Below, one piece after another: positions 1 to 7,303 of a stretch of DNA of 21,944 nucleotides. The translations under genes and the position numbers were made by a program. Each line of letters starts with the position of its first letter. The stretch's first letter is position 1. A model generated the notes under the pieces. The model was not told the DNA's origin. It did not search any database and worked only from the letters and a program-made list of their open reading frames with translations. Origin of the DNA: Candidatus Nanopusillus sp. (GTDB lineage Archaea > Nanobdellota > Nanobdellia > Nanobdellales > Nanobdellaceae). The DNA lies in NCBI GenBank assembly GCA_046536775.1, contig JAWDMD010000006.1:1-21944 (forward strand). Reading direction: 5' to 3'.

Positions 1-280
1 TATCTACTAATTTTTTCCATAATTCCAAAATTTCTGGATGATATAATTCTAATTGCTCAATTAATGTTCCAGAAATTGAAAATGATACTTTTATATCATA
101 TTTTGTAATATTATCATATATTATTTCTAATGCTGGTTTATAACATTTATATACAACCCTATCTAATATCCTTTTATTTAGATCATCGTTGAAATAATTT
201 TTTGATCCAATATCGAAAAAGGAATAATATTTTATTCTTCTTGGCTGATGTGCATGGAAATAAAATACAATGCCTGTCAT
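1..280 (-). CDS. Glycoside hydrolase family 57 (alpha-amylase / alpha-glucan-acting enzyme), N-terminal fragment; gene continues past the left window edge
   Basis: Absent from the supplied ORF track because there is no stop in the window. My reverse-complement translation from the ATG at 280..278 reads MTGIVFYFHAHQPRRIKYYSFFDIGSKNYFNDDLNKRILDRVVYKCYKPALEIIYDNITKYDIKVSFSISGTLIEQLELYHPEILELWKKLVD, open to position 1. The N-terminal FHxHQPxR motif and SGTLxEQL are GH57 hallmarks. It lies divergently next to a glycogen synthase cluster. Confidence 0.75.
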   Translation of the reverse strand, partial: MTGIVFYFHAHQPRRIKYYSFFDIGSKNYFNDDLNKRILDRVVYKCYKPALEIIYDNITKYDIKVSFSISGTLIEQLELYHPEILELWKKLVD

Positions 281-317
281 AAATATTTTTTAAAGATATA
301 ATAATATAAAATTTAAT

Positions 318-632
318 ATGATTGAAGTTGATGATGAAAAACAAGCTTTTATCACTATTGATGGACAAAAATTATATGGTCTTCAAGACCTATTAATTTG
401 GTTATACAATACAGATCAAGATAAATTCAATTATCATAAAGATCATTTTCCAGAATGGATAAAAAATTCATTAAAAGAGGAAAGTTTATATGAAAAGATA
501 AAAGAAGCAAAAGATAAGGATGAATATATAAAAATTATAGGAAATTTCTTAAAAGCTCATGAAATATATGTAAAGAAAAAAATTTCAAAAGAAGAGGCTG
601 AAGTAAAATTTTCAAAATTATTGGGATTATGA
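318..632 (+). CDS. Small helical hypothetical protein, first gene of the glycogen-synthase operon
   Basis: 104-aa ORF with an ATG start. Its stop overlaps the next start (ATGA at 629..632). The pattern F-x-T-x-DG-x5-L-x-D-L...F-x-YH...HF-x-EWI resembles small proteins I recall next to archaeal glucan-metabolism genes (possibly the DUF5752 family); this is unverified from memory. Confidence 0.55.
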   Translation: MIEVDDEKQAFITIDGQKLYGLQDLLIWLYNTDQDKFNYHKDHFPEWIKNSLKEESLYEKIKEAKDKDEYIKIIGNFLKAHEIYVKKKISKEEAEVKFSKLLGL

Positions 633-1291
633 TAGTATCTTTTATATCATTAAAGGGAGGAGTTGGAAAAACTACATTAGCAAATAACCTCGCAGCATAT
701 TTAAAGAAAGAATATAATTATAAAGTATTGATAATAGATACAAATGGAACCTATTCTTCAAATTTAATATTTCTAAATAATGAAAAATTCTTTGGAAATA
801 AAATATATCAGGGAATAAAGGTATTACCATACTTTCATTTAAAAATTATAGATAATTTAGATTTTAGTGTTAATGATTTAAATTATTTGAAAAGATATTA
901 TGATGTAATTGTTTTTGATGTCCTTCCAAATATAAACTACATATTAAATATTGAAAAAATATCAGATATAAATTTTCTAGTAATAAATCCAGATTTTTAT
1001 TCTTTATATGTAAACAAAAAACTATATGAGCTTTTAGATAAAAATAAGGTTAAAATTGTATTAAATAAATATGATAAAAGTATTGAGATAGATTTTATAG
1101 AAGATGTATTTAACAAAGAGGTATATACAATTATTCCAATAATTAAAGATTTTAGTAATTATCAATTTCAATATCAACCAATTTCATTTTATAATGAGAA
1201 ATCAAAAGCATTGAAATATATAGATGAACTAGCATATTGTATAACTGGTAATAAAAGGAAAAGAAGCATATTTGATATTATATTTAGATGA
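629..1291 (+). CDS. ParA/MinD-family (SIMIBI) P-loop ATPase
   Basis: Deviant Walker A with signature lysine, SLKGGVGKTTLANNLA, at the N-terminus. VLIIDTNG (MinD-like switch I region) and a hydrophobic-strand-Asp Walker B, VIVFDVLP, are present. There is no CxxC motif, so it is not an Mrp/NBP35-type protein. Both ends are ATGA-overlapped with neighbours (629..632 and 1288..1291). Confidence 0.8.
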   Translation: MIVSFISLKGGVGKTTLANNLAAYLKKEYNYKVLIIDTNGTYSSNLIFLNNEKFFGNKIYQGIKVLPYFHLKIIDNLDFSVNDLNYLKRYYDVIVFDVLPNINYILNIEKISDINFLVINPDFYSLYVNKKLYELLDKNKVKIVLNKYDKSIEIDFIEDVFNKEVYTIIPIIKDFSNYQFQYQPISFYNEKSKALKYIDELAYCITGNKRKRSIFDIIFR

Positions 1292-2907
1292 TACTATTTG
1301 AACAATCTTGGGAAGTATGCAATAAGGTAGGAGGAATATACACTGTAATATATACTAAGGCAAAGCATATAAAGGAAAAATATAAGGATAAATACTTTTT
1401 GATTGGTCCATATAAAAATAATTCAGAATTTATAGAGTTAGATCCTCCAAATTATATAAAAGAGATAAATTATCAATTAGATGGAATTAAAGTACATTAT
1501 GGATATTGGAATATTGAATCAAAGCCAGATGTATTTCTAATAGAATTTGATGAATTTTTTAATAAAGAAAGAAATTTATGGAAATATAAATATTGGGAAT
1601 GGTATAAAATAGATTCTCTAAATTCAGACTTTACTTTTGATGAACCATTATTATGGTCTGTTGCTGTTGGTATATTTTTAGAAAAATTAGATAAATATTT
1701 TAATGAGAGAAAAATACTGCATGCACATGAATGGTTGTCTGGTGGTACAATATTATATATAAAGAAAAATAATCTAAATTATAAAACGATATTAACGATT
1801 CATGGGACAGTTATTGGGAGAACATTATCTGAAAAAAATGCAAATGTAGAAAATGCATTGAATATAATAGATCCCGATAAAGATTCATATAGATTGGGAA
1901 TAAATTCAAAACATCAACTGGAAAAGCAAGCAATATTAAATTCAGATATATTTACAGTGGTATCTGACAATTTAGGAGAGGAAGCATATAAAATATATAA
2001 GAGAAAACCAGATTATACAACATATAATTATATAAATGTAAAAGAAAAAGAATTATTTAATTATTATAAAATTTCAAAGAGGTGGATAGATGAATTTTTA
2101 ACCTGGTATTTTTATCCATATTATGATCTACCAGAAAAATATTTACTAATATATACTATTGGTAGATATGAGCCATATAATAAAGGTTTAGATCTATTTA
2201 TTGATCTATTAAAATATTTAGATGAAAATAGATTAAATACTATTGCATTTATTTTTGTTCCTTATAGTATTAAAGGACAAAATAATGATATAATTGGATC
2301 TTATAAAGAATATATTAAATTGAAGGAAAATATAGAAGAAAACATACATTTAATTATCAGATCTTTATATAATGGAAAAAATATATTAGATAAGTTAGAT
2401 AGAATAAAGAATAAAAATCCACCAATCTGTACTCATGATGTAGAAAATAATATTATAGTTGAAAGATTAAGAAAAAATAATTTAGATAATAATAAAAATA
2501 ATTATGTAAAAGTAATATATGTTCCAGTTTATCTAGGAAATGATGTATTATTTAGTTTGGATCCAGAATATATATTACCAGCATTTGATTTTGGGATATT
2601 TTTATCAAGATATGAGCCTTATGGATATACGCCCCTAGAAGCATTAAATAATTTTGTTCCAATTGTTTTATCCAATAAAATGGGATTTTATAGAAACTTA
2701 ATAAATAAAAATATAGGTCATGAATATATAATTAATGTAGATCCAAACAATTTAGATAAAGAATTTATATATAATAAGTTTTTACAATATTATAATTTGG
2801 ATTTATATGATAAAATGGAAATAAAAAAACAAATGTATGAAATATCTAAGAAATTTGATTGGAAAAATAATATAAACGAATATATAAGTATTTATGAGTC
2901 CATGTAA
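1288..2907 (+). CDS. Glycogen(starch) synthase, glycosyltransferase family 3 (eukaryote-type)
   Basis: The N-terminus ILFEQSWEVCNKVGGIYTVIYTKAKHIKEKYKDKYFLIGPY closely parallels the animal/yeast glycogen synthase signature (LFEVAWEVxNKVGGIYTVxxxKA...YxLxGPY). Also present are AHEWLSGG...TIHGTVIGR and the C-terminal E-x7-E motif SRYEPYGYTPLEA. At 539 aa it lacks the eukaryotic regulatory tails. Confidence 0.9.
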   Translation: MILFEQSWEVCNKVGGIYTVIYTKAKHIKEKYKDKYFLIGPYKNNSEFIELDPPNYIKEINYQLDGIKVHYGYWNIESKPDVFLIEFDEFFNKERNLWKYKYWEWYKIDSLNSDFTFDEPLLWSVAVGIFLEKLDKYFNERKILHAHEWLSGGTILYIKKNNLNYKTILTIHGTVIGRTLSEKNANVENALNIIDPDKDSYRLGINSKHQLEKQAILNSDIFTVVSDNLGEEAYKIYKRKPDYTTYNYINVKEKELFNYYKISKRWIDEFLTWYFYPYYDLPEKYLLIYTIGRYEPYNKGLDLFIDLLKYLDENRLNTIAFIFVPYSIKGQNNDIIGSYKEYIKLKENIEENIHLIIRSLYNGKNILDKLDRIKNKNPPICTHDVENNIIVERLRKNNLDNNKNNYVKVIYVPVYLGNDVLFSLDPEYILPAFDFGIFLSRYEPYGYTPLEALNNFVPIVLSNKMGFYRNLINKNIGHEYIINVDPNNLDKEFIYNKFLQYYNLDLYDKMEIKKQMYEISKKFDWKNNINEYISIYESM

Positions 2908-2940
2908 TAATTTAAAAGTAATAAAAATTAATTTTGATAT

Positions 2941-3597
2941 ATGGCATCATTTGCAGATTTTATAATAAACCTGGTAAATTTATTAGGAATAAATATAATA
3001 TTTGTTTTTCTATTTTATTTTGGAATATTATATTTTCTAATAAAATTCTTAATGGATAGTATTACAAAAAAAGATGAAAAGGGAGAAAAGAAAGATATAA
3101 ATAGTATATTAGCATTTATTATATCAATTTCTGCATCATTATTATTAACAACATTTACTGGTTTTGTATTATATACTCAATATTTTGTAGCTTTTATAGT
3201 TTCAATGATTTTAGTATTCTTTTTCTTTATACTTTTAGGATCTCTCTTAACAAATGGTAAAATGTTTGAATTAATAGAAAAAAGAATGATTTCAAGTGAA
3301 GGAAGGTCAGGTAGTGCTAGATATATACCAGCAATAATAGTACTATTTATTGTTTTATTTGCTTTATTAGCTATGTATTATGCATATCAAAAGTATTTTT
3401 TATCAATAACGCTTGGTACATCTCCACAGGCACAGATTTATATGATAACTTTTAATCCTTATATATTATTTGCAATAATATTTTTTGTTATAATAGGAGT
3501 ATTTTTGATATTCTCTGGTACTAGTGTTAGTTCTGAAGGTGGAAAAGGATCTGAAAAACAAGAAGCAAAAGGTGGAGATAAGGGAAAATCTGGATAA
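2941..3597 (+). CDS. Hypothetical polytopic membrane protein with a Gly/Lys/Ser-rich C-terminal tail
   Basis: 218-aa ORF with about 5-6 hydrophobic segments and the tail SSEGGKGSEKQEAKGGDKGKSG. It fills the gap between flanking genes. No family motif recognised. Confidence 0.55.
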   Translation: MASFADFIINLVNLLGINIIFVFLFYFGILYFLIKFLMDSITKKDEKGEKKDINSILAFIISISASLLLTTFTGFVLYTQYFVAFIVSMILVFFFFILLGSLLTNGKMFELIEKRMISSEGRSGSARYIPAIIVLFIVLFALLAMYYAYQKYFLSITLGTSPQAQIYMITFNPYILFAIIFFVIIGVFLIFSGTSVSSEGGKGSEKQEAKGGDKGKSG

Positions 3598-4287
3598 TTA
3601 TTTTTTTATTTCCTCAACCATACAATCGTCCCCGCACAATTTTCCTATATCTGAATAAAATTCCGATAATAACCCAATCGGGATTTCTAATATTGCTTCA
3701 TAATTTTCACCCCAATTTTCCTTTATAATTTTATATTTGCTCTTTATTATTCCAATTATTTTTAATTTATTTGGATATACTGTAAGTTTTATATTTTTAT
3801 ATTCGATCTTTAATGGATATTTTTTTCTTATTTCCTTTAAAACCTCCTCAGCTTGTTTTTCTACAGGTCTATTTATATCTACATTATATTTTATCATTTC
3901 AAATAATTCTTTTGCTCTTTCATATGTTAATGGCATATTATTTTTGCTATCATATGCTATTCTTCTTATATATTCAATAATTTGTTTTTTCCTCTCTTCG
4001 ATTAATTCTCTCTTATATTCTGTTGGTAATGGAATTTCAGAATTCTTTAATATTTCTTTAGCAACTTCAAGAACATCTGTGGTTCCAAAAACTTTCTTTA
4101 GAGATTCTCCTGATGCTCTTTCATTCTTTCTAGAGTCTTTAAAAATTTCTTCTGCAGCCAATACTTCCCTTATATCTTGTATCTTTCCTTCCTTATATTC
4201 AAAAGCCTTTCTTAAATATACAATTATCTCAAAATTATAACCTTCTTTCTTATATTTTATACTTATTTCTGTATCTTTATTCTTCAT
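3598..4287 (-). CDS. SBDS-family ribosome maturation protein (Shwachman-Bodian-Diamond homolog)
   Basis: Shows the typical SBDS N-terminal FYSH-domain pattern (KKEGYNFEIIVYLRKAFEYKEG...VLAAEEIFKDSRKNERASGESLKKVFGTTD...AKEIL) and a central helical domain. It sits immediately downstream of psmA, as in the conserved archaeal superoperon. Its start overlaps the psmA stop by 11 nt. Confidence 0.88.
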   Translation of the reverse strand: MKNKDTEISIKYKKEGYNFEIIVYLRKAFEYKEGKIQDIREVLAAEEIFKDSRKNERASGESLKKVFGTTDVLEVAKEILKNSEIPLPTEYKRELIEERKKQIIEYIRRIAYDSKNNMPLTYERAKELFEMIKYNVDINRPVEKQAEEVLKEIRKKYPLKIEYKNIKLTVYPNKLKIIGIIKSKYKIIKENWGENYEAILEIPIGLLSEFYSDIGKLCGDDCMVEEIKK

Positions 4288-4993
4288 ATAATTCTTTTAC
4301 TTCATGATTTTCAAGTGTTTTAATTTTATAACCTTTCTTTACATATGATAATATTAATCTCTCATATGCAAAATTATTTCCTAAATACTCTTTTAATACA
4401 TCTATTCCAAATTTAATTGCCTCATTTAAATCCATTTCTTTATATTTTTCTTCCAGTATTGGTGTAATCTTGTCTTCGCCCTCTCCAATTACAACAGCCT
4501 TATATCTATAGAATATTCCAGAAGGATCTAATGAGAATAACTTTGGTTCACCATCTTTATCTATTCCTCCAACTATTAATGATACAGCAAAAGGTCTTAC
4601 CCCACCAAATCTTGTATAAGATTGCATTATATCACTTATTTCTCTTACTAATAGTTCTATATCTATTTGTTTTCCGTATTGTAATTTATGCTGTTGAGCA
4701 ATTTCTCTTGCACTATCTATAAGTACTCTACCATCTGGTATAAATCCAGAGAATGTTCCAATTATGTTATCATCAATTTCCATAATTTTTTCAATAGAGT
4801 CTGTTATAATTAATTTGCTTGGAATTTTCTTATCTGCAATTATTAATATACCATCTTTTGTACATATTCCAATTGCTGTTGATCCAGCTTTTGCAGCCTG
4901 TTTTGCATATTCTACTAATATTAATTTTCCTTCTGGTGAGAATATTGCCCATCCTCTATCCATTGGTCCAAATTGTCCAACATCAGTTTCCAT
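4277..4993 (-). CDS. psmA: Proteasome subunit alpha
   Basis: The N-terminus ...MDRGWAIFSPEGKLILVEYAKQAAKAGSTAIGI matches the alpha-subunit signature (YDRxxxxFSPxGRLxQVEYA...GST). Length is 238 aa. It lies between the Pop5-like and SBDS genes. Confidence 0.92.
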   Translation of the reverse strand: METDVGQFGPMDRGWAIFSPEGKLILVEYAKQAAKAGSTAIGICTKDGILIIADKKIPSKLIITDSIEKIMEIDDNIIGTFSGFIPDGRVLIDSAREIAQQHKLQYGKQIDIELLVREISDIMQSYTRFGGVRPFAVSLIVGGIDKDGEPKLFSLDPSGIFYRYKAVVIGEGEDKITPILEEKYKEMDLNEAIKFGIDVLKEYLGNNFAYERLILSYVKKGYKIKTLENHEVKELYEE

Positions 4994-5004
4994 AAGGATA
5001 AAAT

Positions 5005-5283
5005 TTAAGATATATTTAAAAAGGATTTTGCACCTTTTAATATTTTAAATATTTTAAATTTTTTTATATTTTGTAGATATAATAAAAAAATTATCTTATA
5101 CAGATGTTTTTTGTTTATAGACAAAATAATTCTTTTATTTATTTCTATTTTATTCAAATGTAAATCATAATAATATATATATCCAAAATATTTAATAAAA
5201 TCTTTTTTTAATTTTTCTTCATCGAAAAAATCTATTAAAATATATCTATTTTTAATTTTTAGAGCCTTTGGTAATATTACCAT
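5005..5283 (-). CDS. Probable RNase P protein component 2 (Pop5/Rpp14-like), short and divergent
   Basis: The N-terminal LPKALKIKNRYILIDF resembles archaeal Pop5 LPPTLRxKxRYIxFxI. The later ILSINKKHLYKIIFLLYL and KILKGAKSF segments align loosely with the Pop5 'vrCdrxxxxxxxxAL' and 'SGTIk' regions. Its position directly upstream of psmA is the conserved Pop5 slot. Sequence support alone is weak because of the low-complexity AT-biased composition. Confidence 0.5.
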   Translation of the reverse strand: MVILPKALKIKNRYILIDFFDEEKLKKDFIKYFGYIYYYDLHLNKIEINKRIILSINKKHLYKIIFLLYLQNIKKFKIFKILKGAKSFLNIS

Positions 5284-6203
5284 TCCTCAACATTATTCAT
5301 CTTTGCTTCAATATCTTTAAGATTTAATTTTTCTAACATTTCCTTATATCTGTTTCTTATTGTAACTTCAGTTATTCCAGCAACTTCTGCTATATCTTTT
5401 TGAGTCTTTTGTATTCCATGCTTTACACATGCTAAATATATTGCAGCTGCCGCAACTCCTGCTGGACCTCTGCCTGCAGTTATATCAGATTCCTTTGCTT
5501 TACTAACGATATCTATTGCAGTAGATATTACTTCTGGTGGTAAGTTTAATAATGAAGAGAATCTATGTACATATTCTGTAACATCTATTGGTTGTATTTT
5601 TATCTTTAATGCTTGTAATAAGTGCTTATATGTTCTTCCCAATTCTTTTTTATGTATATTTGATGCTTTAACTATTTCATCTATTGTCCTTGCAACATCA
5701 TGTATTCTACATGCTATATATGTACATGCAGCAATAACTGTTTCTACAGATCTTCCCCTAATTAACCCCTTTTCGACAGCATCTAAATATAACTTCAATG
5801 CTGTTTCTTCTACTTGTTTTGGTAATTGTAAGAATGAAGAAATCCTTTTTAACTCTTGCTGTGCTAATTTTAGATTTCTTTCATAAGAACTTGTAGATCT
5901 TTGCTGCCATTTTTTTAATTTTCTAGTTAGTGTAATATCTTCATCCTTTGATTCTGCTCTTCCAATTTCTGTTGATATCATACTTGGTATATTGGTATAT
6001 CTCATTGCACTACCAGTTCTTGATAATTTTTCTGCATCTTCTGAATTTATTGTCCTATTTTCCTTTCCTAAATATTGAACTTCTTCAATTACATATCCAC
6101 ATTTTGCACATACTAGTTCTGCTGTCTTCTCATTGTATATAAATTCTGTACCTCCACATACTGGACATTTCAATTCAGGATTTTTTATAAGCTTTTGGAC
6201 CAT
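5277..6203 (-). CDS. tfb: Transcription initiation factor IIB (TFB)
   Basis: Has the N-terminal zinc ribbon CPVCGGTEFIYNEKTAELVCAKCGYVIEE, a B-finger/linker, and two cyclin-fold repeats (RGRSVETVIAACTYIACR...; GRGPAGVAAAAIYLAC...QKDIAEVAGITEVTIRNRYKE). Confidence 0.95.
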   Translation of the reverse strand: MVQKLIKNPELKCPVCGGTEFIYNEKTAELVCAKCGYVIEEVQYLGKENRTINSEDAEKLSRTGSAMRYTNIPSMISTEIGRAESKDEDITLTRKLKKWQQRSTSSYERNLKLAQQELKRISSFLQLPKQVEETALKLYLDAVEKGLIRGRSVETVIAACTYIACRIHDVARTIDEIVKASNIHKKELGRTYKHLLQALKIKIQPIDVTEYVHRFSSLLNLPPEVISTAIDIVSKAKESDITAGRGPAGVAAAAIYLACVKHGIQKTQKDIAEVAGITEVTIRNRYKEMLEKLNLKDIEAKMNNVEEW

Positions 6204-6224
6204 AATAAATTTTTAAATATTATG

Positions 6225-6232
6225 TTTATAAA
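6225..6232 (-). promoter_or_regulatory. Candidate TATA box (TTTATAAA) for tfb, spaced as expected for a leaderless transcript
   Basis: On the minus strand the sequence reads aaaaGGTTACC-TTTATAAA-(21 nt)-ATG. The box centre lies about 25-26 nt upstream of the tfb ATG (6203), the canonical archaeal TATA-to-TSS distance. Specificity is low in a genome this AT-rich. Confidence 0.3.
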
Positions 6233-6300
6233 GGTAACCTTTTAAGCATTATCAATTTTTTACTATTAATCAATGAATATCATCTCTAATAATTTTTATA

Positions 6301-7266
6301 TCATTTTGTTAGAACGTCAAATTGCCTTCTTATCCATATTATAGAAAATACTGCTAGAGAAAATATTATTACTTCTATTGGACTAAATATTATTGAGAAT
6401 ATTGGTAACAAAGCAATAGTTACAATAGATGCAATATAAAATGGGGTATTTGATAATATTAATATATCTCCAATAAATTTATTGGAATATACATATCCTC
6501 TTCTAATTGATAGATATGGAGATAATAATATTCCTACCGGTATTATTGATGAATATGTAAAGAAAAATAAGAAATTAAAGAAATAATAAACAAAACCATA
6601 TAATAATGTTGAATAGTATGATATATATTTTATTGATGAATATATTATCCACAATATTATTGTAGAAAACAAGAATATCCTTAATAATTCATCATTTCTT
6701 ACTTCTATATTTTTATTCCTTCCAAGCCTTTTATATTCTATTACTATTGGTTTCATGGAAAATATTACTGGAACAAATAACCCAAGAGTAATTATTGATA
6801 TTATAATTGTAATTATGTAACTTAGATTATACCTCCTTATATATGCAAAATTTAGTTCAGTTTTCTTTGAACTCTTTATTTTTAGTTGTTTTATATAATT
6901 ATAAAAGAACAATATCACAAAAATAGATATAATAACATATACGAACAAGTTATATCTAAATATGAAGAATAATATTACTTCCAAAATGATTAATAAATAA
7001 TAAAAGAATGAATATGATTCTCTTTTATAAAATAATATTTTTAATTCTGCAATAACATTATCTAAATAAATATATAAACCATAAAATGATGAAACTAAAT
7101 TAAATATAAATAAAAATATAAAGTATGAAATTATTGTATAAATTATTGAGAAAAATAAATTAGCTAGTCCAATAAATAAATTATCCCAATGATTAAAGGA
7201 TAAGAAAAATCCTATAATTATTAAATAATATACTATTCTTCTATCTATTTTTATATATTCAAACAT
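6301..7266 (-). CDS. Hypothetical polytopic membrane protein
   Basis: 321-aa ORF with an ATG start and about 8-9 hydrophobic segments rich in Phe/Ile/Tyr. No recognisable catalytic motif. Its FLFFFT segment is weakly similar to the membrane proteins at 16538..17608 and 19543..20754, but this may only reflect composition. Confidence 0.55.
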   Translation of the reverse strand: MFEYIKIDRRIVYYLIIIGFFLSFNHWDNLFIGLANLFFSIIYTIISYFIFLFIFNLVSSFYGLYIYLDNVIAELKILFYKRESYSFFYYLLIILEVILFFIFRYNLFVYVIISIFVILFFYNYIKQLKIKSSKKTELNFAYIRRYNLSYIITIIISIITLGLFVPVIFSMKPIVIEYKRLGRNKNIEVRNDELLRIFLFSTIILWIIYSSIKYISYYSTLLYGFVYYFFNFLFFFTYSSIIPVGILLSPYLSIRRGYVYSNKFIGDILILSNTPFYIASIVTIALLPIFSIIFSPIEVIIFSLAVFSIIWIRRQFDVLTK

Positions 7267-7303
7267 ATTTCATCTTTTTATTTTTAACTTTATAAAATAT
7301 ATT

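Noticed and set aside
325-345. GTTGATGATGAA looked like a plus-strand C box
   Set aside because: It lies inside the 318..632 coding sequence. No CUGA D'/D boxes occur at appropriate spacing downstream.
183-368. 61-aa minus-strand ORF from the track
   Set aside because: It is out of frame with, and largely overlaps, the much better supported GH57 N-terminus (1..280, minus). It also runs into the 318..632 gene. Its low-complexity Ile/Phe/Lys composition suggests an AT-rich shadow ORF.
3737-5048. Plus-strand ORFs 3737..4240, 4531..4722 and 4764..5048
   Set aside because: They lie antisense within the well-supported SBDS and psmA genes. Their Phe/Ile/Leu/Ser-rich products are typical of reverse-strand reading of Lys/Glu-rich genes.
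5948-6142. 64-aa plus-strand ORF
   Set aside because: It lies antisense inside tfb and is a shadow ORF.
7270-7303. TATA-like boxes upstream of lon and most other genes
   Set aside because: Almost every intergenic hexamer is A/T-only in this genome, so individual promoter calls are not discriminating. Only the tfb example is listed, and at low confidence.
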